From assembly GCF_001465295.1 (NCBI RefSeq), contig NZ_CP011034.1, positions 630,001 through 662,000 on the forward strand: DNA of 32,000 bases, written 5' to 3'. The position numbers and the translations under genes are program-made. Shown here piece by piece: positions 24,900-32,000 of this stretch. The notes beneath the pieces were generated by a model. The model made no database searches. It was given only the letters and a program-made list of their open reading frames with translations, and had not been told where the DNA came from. Each line of letters opens with the position of its first letter. Position 1 is the stretch's first letter. The DNA comes from Pseudoalteromonas translucida KMM 520. GTDB taxonomy: Bacteria; Pseudomonadota; Gammaproteobacteria; Enterobacterales; Alteromonadaceae.

Positions 24900-26624
24900 A
24901 TGGATGTTCAAACACTCACGTTTTTAATTGTTGGTTTAAGCTTCGCGCTTTATATCGGCATTGCAATTTGGGCCAGAGCGGGTTCAACTAAAGAGTTTTA
25001 TGTAGCGGGTGGCGGCGTACCTCCTTTAGCTAATGGTATGGCAACCGCAGCCGATTGGATGAGCGCGGCGTCGTTTATTTCAATGGCGGGTATTATTTCG
25101 TTCGCGGGTTACGACGGCGGCGTTTACTTAATGGGGTGGACAGGTGGTTATGTGTTACTTGCCATGTGTTTAGCGCCTTACTTACGTAAATTCGGCAAGT
25201 TTACTGTGCCAGACTTTATTGGCGACCGTTACTATTCACGTACCGCACGTTTAGTGGCAATTGTATGTGCCATATTCATTTGTTTTACCTACATTGCAGG
25301 GCAAATGCGTGGTGTAGGCGTGGTTTTTTCTCGCTTTTTAGAAGTAGAAATTGAAACCGGTGTATACATAGGTATGGTTATTGTATTCTTTTATGCTGTT
25401 TTAGGTGGTATGAAAGGTATTACTTATACGCAGGTTGCACAGTATTGTGTGCTGGTATTTGCTTACTTAGTACCGGCCATTTTTATCTCTATGATGATGA
25501 CAGGTCACTTTTTGCCACAAACTGGTTTTGGTGCCACATTAATTGGCGGAGAAGGTGCTTATGTACTTGATAAGCTAGATGGCATAAGTTCGCAATTGGG
25601 CTTTTCTCAGTATACCGAAGGCTCTAAGAGCATGATTGATGTATTTGCTATTACCGGTGCATTAATGGTGGGTACTGCAGGTTTACCACATGTAATTGTT
25701 CGCTTTTTCACTGTACCTCGCGTTAAAGATACGCGTATATCAGCGGCATGGACCTTAGTGTTTATTGCTATTGTTTATACTACAGCACCAGCGGTTGCTG
25801 CATTTGCTCGCGTAAACATGGTTGATACTATTAACGGTAAAGATGGTAGCGGTACAGAGTATGCACAAGCACCAACGTGGATCAAAAACTGGGAACGTAC
25901 CGGCTTAATTACTTTTAATGATAAAAATGGTGATGGCAAAATGTTTTACACTTCAGGCAGCATCAACGATCCAAACAGTGCTAATGAAGTAGATGTTGAT
26001 CGCGACATTATGGTACTTGCTAATCCAGAAATTGCTAACTTACCAGCATGGGTTATTGCCCTAGTTGCTGCCGGTGGTATTGCAGCTGCATTATCAACAA
26101 CCGCAGGTTTACTGTTAGTTATTTCTACCTCCGTATCGCACGATTTACTCAAGCGAACCCTTAAGCCCAATATTAGCGATAAGCAAGAATTACTCGCAGC
26201 GAGGTTAGCTGCCATGGTCGCTATTGTTATATCCGCCTACTTTGGGATTAACCCGCCAGGGTTTGTGGCATCGGTGGTCGCATTTGCCTTCGGCTTAGCG
26301 GCAGCGAGTTTCTTCCCAGCTATTATTATGGGTATATTCTCTAAAGCAATGAACAGAGAAGGCGCAATTGCTGGCATGGTAACGGGTATTAGTTTTACCG
26401 CCGGTTATATTATTTACTTTAAGTTTGTTAGCCCAGAGCTTAATAGTGCCGAGCATTGGTTTTTAGGTATTTCGCCTGAAGGTATTGGCTTAGTAGGTAT
26501 GATAATTAACTTTGCAGTTGCTGCAATAGTACTTAAATTTACTAAACCGACACCACTGGAAATTCAGCAGTTGGTTGAAGGTATTCGTAATCCTAAAGGA
26601 TCTAGTGAAGCTCACGATCACTAA
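24900..26624 (+). CDS. Sodium:solute symporter (SSS/SLC5) large subunit, VC_2705-like subfamily (ActP-related monocarboxylate-type permease)
   Basis: 574 aa with SSS hallmarks (FYVAGGGVPPLANGMATAADWMSAASFISMAGI...GLPHVIVRFFT). It pairs with the DUF4212 small subunit. A TAGGAG Shine-Dalgarno is present. Confidence 0.88.
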   Translation: MDVQTLTFLIVGLSFALYIGIAIWARAGSTKEFYVAGGGVPPLANGMATAADWMSAASFISMAGIISFAGYDGGVYLMGWTGGYVLLAMCLAPYLRKFGKFTVPDFIGDRYYSRTARLVAIVCAIFICFTYIAGQMRGVGVVFSRFLEVEIETGVYIGMVIVFFYAVLGGMKGITYTQVAQYCVLVFAYLVPAIFISMMMTGHFLPQTGFGATLIGGEGAYVLDKLDGISSQLGFSQYTEGSKSMIDVFAITGALMVGTAGLPHVIVRFFTVPRVKDTRISAAWTLVFIAIVYTTAPAVAAFARVNMVDTINGKDGSGTEYAQAPTWIKNWERTGLITFNDKNGDGKMFYTSGSINDPNSANEVDVDRDIMVLANPEIANLPAWVIALVAAGGIAAALSTTAGLLLVISTSVSHDLLKRTLKPNISDKQELLAARLAAMVAIVISAYFGINPPGFVASVVAFAFGLAAASFFPAIIMGIFSKAMNREGAIAGMVTGISFTAGYIIYFKFVSPELNSAEHWFLGISPEGIGLVGMIINFAVAAIVLKFTKPTPLEIQQLVEGIRNPKGSSEAHDH

Positions 26625-26655
26625 ATCTATTTGCTTAACAGGCAATAAAAGTACC

Positions 26656-26686
26656 AAAAGCCCGACTTAAGTCGGGCTTTTTATTT
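26656..26686 (+). terminator. Rho-independent terminator after the permease
   Basis: Perfect 10-bp stem and 4-nt loop followed by a T-run: aaagcccgac ttaa gtcgggcttt ttattt. Confidence 0.88.
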
Positions 26687-26739
26687 GTTTAATAAATGAT
26701 TACATTAAACCTTATATAAATCACTTAACGAGCGTAACT

Positions 26740-28578
26740 ATGAGTGCAGAGCAGCAAGATATAACCCAATTTGTAACAATGCAGGCCCCGTTTAGCATGC
26801 TTGAGGCGAGTGCTTGCAGCTATTTTGTAAAGCACCTTGATATTGCTTACCTCAACCGTGAAAACCAAGCACAATGGCTGAAAAGTGATCACCCTAAGTT
26901 ATTTTTAATTCGCTCAGGCTTATACGATTTAGTGGATAGTAAAGGCGATATAGTTACGCGTTTAGCACAAGGTGATTATTTTGGTTTTCCATCGTTATTA
27001 ACGGGTGAGGCGATGCAAAACAGGTTGGAAGTACAAAAAGAGGGCATAGTGTATATGCTGCCTCAGGAGTCGTTTGATTATTTGCGCCGTGAATATAAAC
27101 CGTTTGAGCAATATTTTGTTCGCGCTCATGCAAACCGCTTACTCTCATCACATTATAAAAGTAAAACAGAAAGCTGGTCGGAGAGAAAAATATCAGAGTT
27201 AATGACCCGAAAAGCCATTACTTTAACGCCAGATTCGAGTATTCGTCACGCGGCAAAACAAATGCAAGAGTATGGTGTGTCATCTATTATGATCACCCAA
27301 GATGCACATTTGGTTGGGGTAGTAACCGACCGCGACTTGCGTAATCGGGTACTGGCAGATGAAGTTGATCCTCAGCAAAGCGTAAGCAGCATAATGACAG
27401 CAAAACCCAAGTTTATTTTTGAAAATAATCGGGTGTTTTCAGCGCTGCACTTAATGCTTAAACATAATATTCATCATATTCCGGTACTTGACGAAAATCA
27501 CAAACCTTTGGGAATGATCACCAGTACCGATTTATTACGCCAGCAAAAAAGCGACCCTGTACAACTTATAGGTCGTATTTATAAAGCACGTGCTATTGTC
27601 GATTTAAAACGCTACGCCAAAGAGATCCCAGAGTTGCTGCGCGGCTTTTCGTACAATATTGACGACATATCGCTAATTGGCAAATTACTCAGTGGCTTAA
27701 CCGATGCACTTACCTCGCGGCTAATTTACTTGTATCAACAAGAACATGGAGTAGCACCAAGTAGTTTTAGTTTTATTTGTTTTGGCTCGCAAGCCCGTGA
27801 AGAACAAACCCTACATTCAGATCAAGACAATGGCTTATTATTACCCGATGGATTAAATGACGATGAGCTAGCCTACTTTAAAGGCATGGGTGAATATGTT
27901 TGCGAAAACTTAGTAGAGTGCGGCATTAGACGCTGCCCTGGCAATATAATGGCCAGTAGCGAGTTGTGCCGAATGAGTATTAGTGACTGGCGCGAGCGCT
28001 TTTTTAAATGGATAAGCAGCCCAACCCCTCAAGCCATGCTCAACTGTAAAATATTTTTTGATTTACGCTTTATCGAAGGCTCACACACACTTTATAGTAA
28101 GTTTTATGAGCAACTTACGCACATGTCACGCAACGAATTATTTTACGCCGCCATGGCCAACGACATTGACTCAAATAGCGTGCCTATAGGCTTGTTTAAT
28201 AATTTTAAAACCGAAAAAACAGAAAAAAACTATAAATATATCGACTTAAAAAAACGTGGCGTAGTAATAATTAACGACATAGTGCGTTTATATGCATTAA
28301 GAGCGGGGATTCGCCGCGCCAATACCCAAGAGCGTTTAGACGCATTGTTAAAACACACTTTACTCAGCAAAGAAGATATTTATAACCTAAAAGATTGCTG
28401 GCGTTTTTTAACCCAGCTGCGATTAAGCACGCAAATAAATCAAGAAGGGCTGCCCAGTAATTGTATTAACCCTGACCAATTAAACTCTTTAGAGCGCCAC
28501 CAACTCAAAGAAGCATTTTATCTGGTAAAACAAGCGCAGCAAGCCGCTGTGTTTAAATTTGCCCGTGGTAGCTTATAG
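26740..28578 (+). CDS. Signal-transduction protein with cNMP-binding-like domain, tandem CBS domains and a DUF294 Pol-beta-type nucleotidyltransferase plus DUF294_C (COG2905-like)
   Basis: cNMP-like beta-barrel (LFLIRSGLYDLVD...GDYFGFPSLLTGE). CBS pair (ISELMTRKAITLTPD...IHHIPVLDENHKPLGMITSTDLL). NTase motif FGSQAREEQTLHSDQDNGL (G349-S350...D361-x-D363 at 27784-27828). Confidence 0.85.
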   Translation: MSAEQQDITQFVTMQAPFSMLEASACSYFVKHLDIAYLNRENQAQWLKSDHPKLFLIRSGLYDLVDSKGDIVTRLAQGDYFGFPSLLTGEAMQNRLEVQKEGIVYMLPQESFDYLRREYKPFEQYFVRAHANRLLSSHYKSKTESWSERKISELMTRKAITLTPDSSIRHAAKQMQEYGVSSIMITQDAHLVGVVTDRDLRNRVLADEVDPQQSVSSIMTAKPKFIFENNRVFSALHLMLKHNIHHIPVLDENHKPLGMITSTDLLRQQKSDPVQLIGRIYKARAIVDLKRYAKEIPELLRGFSYNIDDISLIGKLLSGLTDALTSRLIYLYQQEHGVAPSSFSFICFGSQAREEQTLHSDQDNGLLLPDGLNDDELAYFKGMGEYVCENLVECGIRRCPGNIMASSELCRMSISDWRERFFKWISSPTPQAMLNCKIFFDLRFIEGSHTLYSKFYEQLTHMSRNELFYAAMANDIDSNSVPIGLFNNFKTEKTEKNYKYIDLKKRGVVIINDIVRLYALRAGIRRANTQERLDALLKHTLLSKEDIYNLKDCWRFLTQLRLSTQINQEGLPSNCINPDQLNSLERHQLKEAFYLVKQAQQAAVFKFARGSL

Positions 28579-28625
28579 CATGGCTGTTTATAAAAAAGCG
28601 GCGCACAAAGCGAGTAATAAACATT

Positions 28626-29261
28626 ATGGTTAAGCGCTTAATTACCCGTTATTTTAAAAGGCGACAGCTACTGGCACACGCTGCTTTAAAGCAGCGCTAC
28701 CTAGTGATTGACTTAGAGCTAACGGGGCTTGACGCCAAGCAGCACGAAATAGTGTCGCTAGCTTGGGTGGTTATAGAAAACCAATGTATAAAAATGAGTC
28801 AGTCGCAGCATTTAATTAATAAAGAGGTTAAAAACTTAGCGCAAAGCCCAGTTTATCACGGCATTAATAATGATAATGTAGCTGCAGGGCAAAGTTTACA
28901 TAGTATTTTAGAGCACCTTAGTGAGCACCTTAGTGAGCACTTTAATGACTGTATTTTAGTGTTTCATAATGCCATGCTCGACTGGAGTTTTTTAAAACCA
29001 GCGCTTAAAAATGCCAATATTACTACGCGGCCAAAACTAATACTCTGCACCTTACAAATAGAAAAAAAGCGCCTGCAACATCAAGGCGTCGAAATAAAGC
29101 AAGATGATTTAACGTTAAACGAATGTCGTAATCGCTACGAACTGCCTAGTTATCATTGCCACCACGCACTTACCGACGCACAAGCAACAGCAGAGTTATT
29201 TTTGGCGCAGTGCCATCAAATAAGTAGCGGCAGAGGATTAAAAGTGAGGGAGCTTGTTTAG
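28626..29261 (+). CDS. DnaQ/epsilon-like DEDDh 3'-5' exonuclease domain protein
   Basis: ExoI VIDLELTGLD, ExoII VFHNAMLDWSFL, ExoIII HHALTDAQATAELF. 211 aa, immediately downstream of the DUF294 gene. Confidence 0.85.
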   Translation: MVKRLITRYFKRRQLLAHAALKQRYLVIDLELTGLDAKQHEIVSLAWVVIENQCIKMSQSQHLINKEVKNLAQSPVYHGINNDNVAAGQSLHSILEHLSEHLSEHFNDCILVFHNAMLDWSFLKPALKNANITTRPKLILCTLQIEKKRLQHQGVEIKQDDLTLNECRNRYELPSYHCHHALTDAQATAELFLAQCHQISSGRGLKVRELV

Positions 29262-29523
29262 CTGTAAGCTCTATTTGCTACGATTTAAATCACTACATGA
29301 GCTCTTAACCTCTTTATAAATAGTGTTTATATATTTTAAACACCGAACTTGGCTTTTATTTTTATCTGAAAGCTAGGGCTACCATCTGAAAATCAAGCTC
29401 TTAACCAACCTACTTTTGACCTTAGCTTGAAACTATTTTACACTTTCGTAACCTTATACATATTCTACTAATATGTTTGTGAGTTTATAAGCTATTCACA
29501 TCACCCCAAACAATTGAGTTTTT

Positions 29524-30621
29524 ATGCTAACAAAAATATTAAATTCATTACGTGTATGCATTTTAAGCCTTATGGCAATTTTAACCTTATCGGTGCATGC
29601 TCAAAATGCTTTGCCAGAGACAGGTTTAACCGTTGGTGTAGCGGGGGATGCTCCCTTTGTTATACACAATCCCCAAAATAATTCGTTAGAGGGGATTTCA
29701 CTTACAATTTGGGAAAATATAGCCGATAAAAAAAATTGGGAATACCAATATAAATATTTTACTACGGTTGATGAGGCGCTTACCGCTTTGCAGCAAGGCG
29801 AAGTTGATTTACTTGCTGGGCCGATTAGTATCACCTCGGAGCGAGTGGAGAAGTTTCTGTTTTCTCAGCCTTATTACCAATCGAGTCTAACGATTGCCTC
29901 TCGCGATGAAAATGCCAGTATTTGGGGGAAAATAAAACCATTTTTTAGTATGCAATTGCTAATCGCTATTGCCATATTTTTATCTCTGCTGGCCATTGTC
30001 GGGCTGCTATTTTGGCTTGCTGAGCGCAAACATTCTCCAGAGCAGTTTCCTGCAGATCCAAAAAGAGGGATAGCCAACGGCATGTGGCTAGCCATAGTAA
30101 CCATGAGTACTACAGGTTATGGCGACATGGCACCGGTGAGCTTAAAAGGACGAGTTATAGCTGGTTGCTGGATGATTATTTCATTAATTTTTGCTACATC
30201 AATGATTGCAGGTATTGCCAGTACTCTTACCGTATCAAGCTTTAGTAGTTCAACTATTACACAAGTTGAACAATTTCCAGGTAAAAAAATTGCAGCATCA
30301 GCAGGCTCGCCAGCCATAGGCTTTATTGAAGAACATCAAGGGCAAAAAGTATTGGTAAATAATCTAAGCCAAGCCATGGAAAGACTAAAAGATAAAAGTG
30401 TTGATGGTGTTGTTTTTGATCGCCCACAATTGTTGTTTTATAAAAATAAACATAAAGCAGAGAATATTCATATTCCAAATGCAGAGTATTATAAGCAAGG
30501 TTACGGCTTCGCATTTAGAGCCGACAGTAAGTTAGTTAACGACGTTAACTTGGTTTTATTAAAGCTTGCAGAAGATCAAAAAATTGAGAACATAATGGCA
30601 GAGTATTTAGGTGAAAAATAA
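29524..30621 (+). CDS. GluR0-like prokaryotic ionotropic-glutamate-receptor homologue: periplasmic SBP (type 3) domain split by a two-TM K+-channel pore
   Basis: Signal peptide. S1 lobe (LTVGVAGDAPFV...LLAGPISITSERVEKFLFSQPYY). TM helix (LLIAIAIFLSLLAIVGLLFWL). Pore helix plus K+ selectivity filter MWLAIVTMSTTGYGDMAP (TTGYGD at 30109-30126). Second TM (VIAGCWMIISLIFATSMIAGIAS). S2 lobe (GKKIAASAGSPA...VDGVVFDRPQL...YGFAFRADSKL). Confidence 0.85.
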   Translation: MLTKILNSLRVCILSLMAILTLSVHAQNALPETGLTVGVAGDAPFVIHNPQNNSLEGISLTIWENIADKKNWEYQYKYFTTVDEALTALQQGEVDLLAGPISITSERVEKFLFSQPYYQSSLTIASRDENASIWGKIKPFFSMQLLIAIAIFLSLLAIVGLLFWLAERKHSPEQFPADPKRGIANGMWLAIVTMSTTGYGDMAPVSLKGRVIAGCWMIISLIFATSMIAGIASTLTVSSFSSSTITQVEQFPGKKIAASAGSPAIGFIEEHQGQKVLVNNLSQAMERLKDKSVDGVVFDRPQLLFYKNKHKAENIHIPNAEYYKQGYGFAFRADSKLVNDVNLVLLKLAEDQKIENIMAEYLGEK

Positions 30622-30922
30622 CTTTAATAAAGGACTATGGTAATAATCAAGTTTTAGCTGCTAGGGTGTAGCTATTAATTAGAGTAACACTACATAAAAT
30701 ATAACTGCTTCGGCTATAGCTAAGGTTATTACCTGAGATTATTACCTGAAATATAGCCGAGCCTCTAGCAGCTTATAAGTTAGTATTTAATTTTTAACTT
30801 ATCATTTATTTAAAGTTTCTAATCGCCCCCTCTTATAATAAAGCTCAAGGTCGATTACAATACCGCCATCTAAAAGGCACATTGCCTTTATCTGCACGCA
30901 AAAAGAGTGGATTTTATATTTC

Positions 30923-31954
30923 ATGGCAATCAAACTTGCAATTAATGGTTTTGGTCGTATTGGTCGAAATATTGTCCGCGCGTTATACGAATCAGGTTTG
31001 AGCGACGAGATAAAAATTGTTGCGATTAACGAACTTGCTGACCCTGAAGCTATTGCTCACTTATTAAAATACGACACCTCTCATGGTCGTTTTTCTTTTC
31101 CTGTAAAGCTTGGTGAGGACACCATTAGCGTAGCAGGCGATGCTATTGCTCTTTTCTGTGAGCCAAATCCGGCGGAATTACCTTGGAAAACCTTAGGTGT
31201 AGACGTAGTACTTGAATGTACTGGGGTTTATCACTCGCGCGAACATGCACAGCTGCATTTAACCGCAGGCGCTAAAAAAGTGTTGTTTTCGCATCCGGCC
31301 GATAACGATGTTGATGCCACTATTGTTTATGGTATTAACGACGATGAGCTAAAACCAGAGCACACTATCGTCTCTAATGGTTCGTGTACTACTAACTGTG
31401 TAGTGCCGGTTATTAAAGTGTTAGATGATGCGTTTGGTATTGAATCGGGGGCTATTACCACAATACATGCCTCGATGAACGATCAGCCGGTAATTGATGC
31501 CTACCACCACGATTTACGCCGTACACGCGCAGCCAGCCAATCTATAATTCCAGTTGATACAAAACTAGCCCGCGGTATAGACCGCATTTTACCTAAATTT
31601 AAAGGCCGCTTTGAAGCCATTGCTGTACGCGTGCCTACTATTAACGTAACGGCTATGGATTTAAGTGTAACGGTTAATACCGATGTAGATTTAAATGCAG
31701 TAAATAGTGCGCTTAAAGCACAAGCTAAAGATCGCCTTGAAGGCATTTTAAGTTACACCGCAGAGCCGCTAGTATCGATTGATTTTAATCATGATCCACA
31801 TTCTTGTATTATAGATGGTACCCAAACACGAGTTAGTCATAAACGACTGATAAAATTACTAGTTTGGTGCGATAACGAGTGGGGTTTTGCTAATCGAATG
31901 CTCGACACTGCGCGTGCAATGGTCGCGTTAGAAAAAATAACTAATATAAAATAA
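30923..31954 (+). CDS. epd: D-erythrose-4-phosphate dehydrogenase
   Basis: Near-collinear similarity to E. coli Epd as recalled: [88 protein letters not shown]. Confidence 0.92.
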   Translation: MAIKLAINGFGRIGRNIVRALYESGLSDEIKIVAINELADPEAIAHLLKYDTSHGRFSFPVKLGEDTISVAGDAIALFCEPNPAELPWKTLGVDVVLECTGVYHSREHAQLHLTAGAKKVLFSHPADNDVDATIVYGINDDELKPEHTIVSNGSCTTNCVVPVIKVLDDAFGIESGAITTIHASMNDQPVIDAYHHDLRRTRAASQSIIPVDTKLARGIDRILPKFKGRFEAIAVRVPTINVTAMDLSVTVNTDVDLNAVNSALKAQAKDRLEGILSYTAEPLVSIDFNHDPHSCIIDGTQTRVSHKRLIKLLVWCDNEWGFANRMLDTARAMVALEKITNIK

Positions 31955-32000
31955 CCGCCTTTTATTGGGTTTAGTATCGTTAACTAAGGAGATGTTCATG

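Noticed and set aside
28580-28633. 17-codon ORF (MAVYKKAAHKASNKHYG) bridging the DUF294 stop and the exonuclease start. It might be a coupling uORF.
   Set aside because: It is too short, lacks a clear Shine-Dalgarno, and I cannot assess conservation. It may arise by chance.
31986-32000. AAGGAG followed by an ATG at 31998-32000, probably the start of pgk given the conserved epd-pgk order.
   Set aside because: Only three coding nucleotides are in the window, so the gene cannot be supported from sequence here.
1-32000. Looked for a genomic island, prophage or defence-system signature: integrase, transposase, tRNA flank, restriction or toxin-antitoxin pairs, STAND/ATPase-nuclease pairs.
   Set aside because: None of the ORF translations shows such motifs. 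The only nuclease-type gene is the DEDDh exonuclease, which is paired with the DUF294 protein in a metabolic/transport context.

Overview
By eye this is an AT-rich chromosomal window from a marine gammaproteobacterium. It looks Alteromonadales/Pseudoalteromonas-like, but that is inferred from protein similarity recalled from memory and is not verified. I support 27 protein-coding genes, 1 decayed gene, several terminators and two promoters. I saw no rRNA, tRNA, CRISPR array, transposase, integrase, phage gene or recognisable defence gene.

Gene order:
- 5'-truncated UbiH/UbiF-family hydroxylase.
- AraC regulator, divergent from an SRPBCC plus fatty-acid-hydroxylase operon.
- Translationally coupled pair of paralogous small membrane proteins.
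- VOC/glyoxalase-fold protein whose stop codon lies inside a ~160-bp inverted-repeat element.
- PL7 alginate-lyase remnant, N-terminally truncated and frameshifted.
- Internally duplicated membrane protein.
- yqhC/yqhD-like aldehyde-reductase module.
- MerR regulator with a textbook 19-bp-spacer promoter, driving a small His/Cys-rich secreted protein and czcCBA.
- DUF3754(TMEM143)-like protein, YqaA/DedA-like protein and a DUF2339-like giant membrane protein.
- CrbS/CbrA-type SLC5-fused hybrid histidine kinase, divergent from a DUF4212 small subunit plus an SSS permease.
- cNMP/CBS/DUF294 nucleotidyltransferase and a DEDDh exonuclease.
- GluR0-like ligand-gated K+ channel.
- epd.

Best candidates for under-described biology:
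1. The DUF294 nucleotidyltransferase plus DnaQ-like exonuclease pair attached to the CrbS/permease locus.
2. A CueR-scaffold regulator with Cys at the Ser77 selectivity position, controlling a CzcA-type pump and an uncharacterised His/Cys-rich periplasmic protein.
3. The prokaryotic iGluR-like K+ channel.
4. Two unassigned membrane-protein modules.

None of these is proven novel from sequence alone. All family names come from motif recognition and need HMM/BLAST confirmation.
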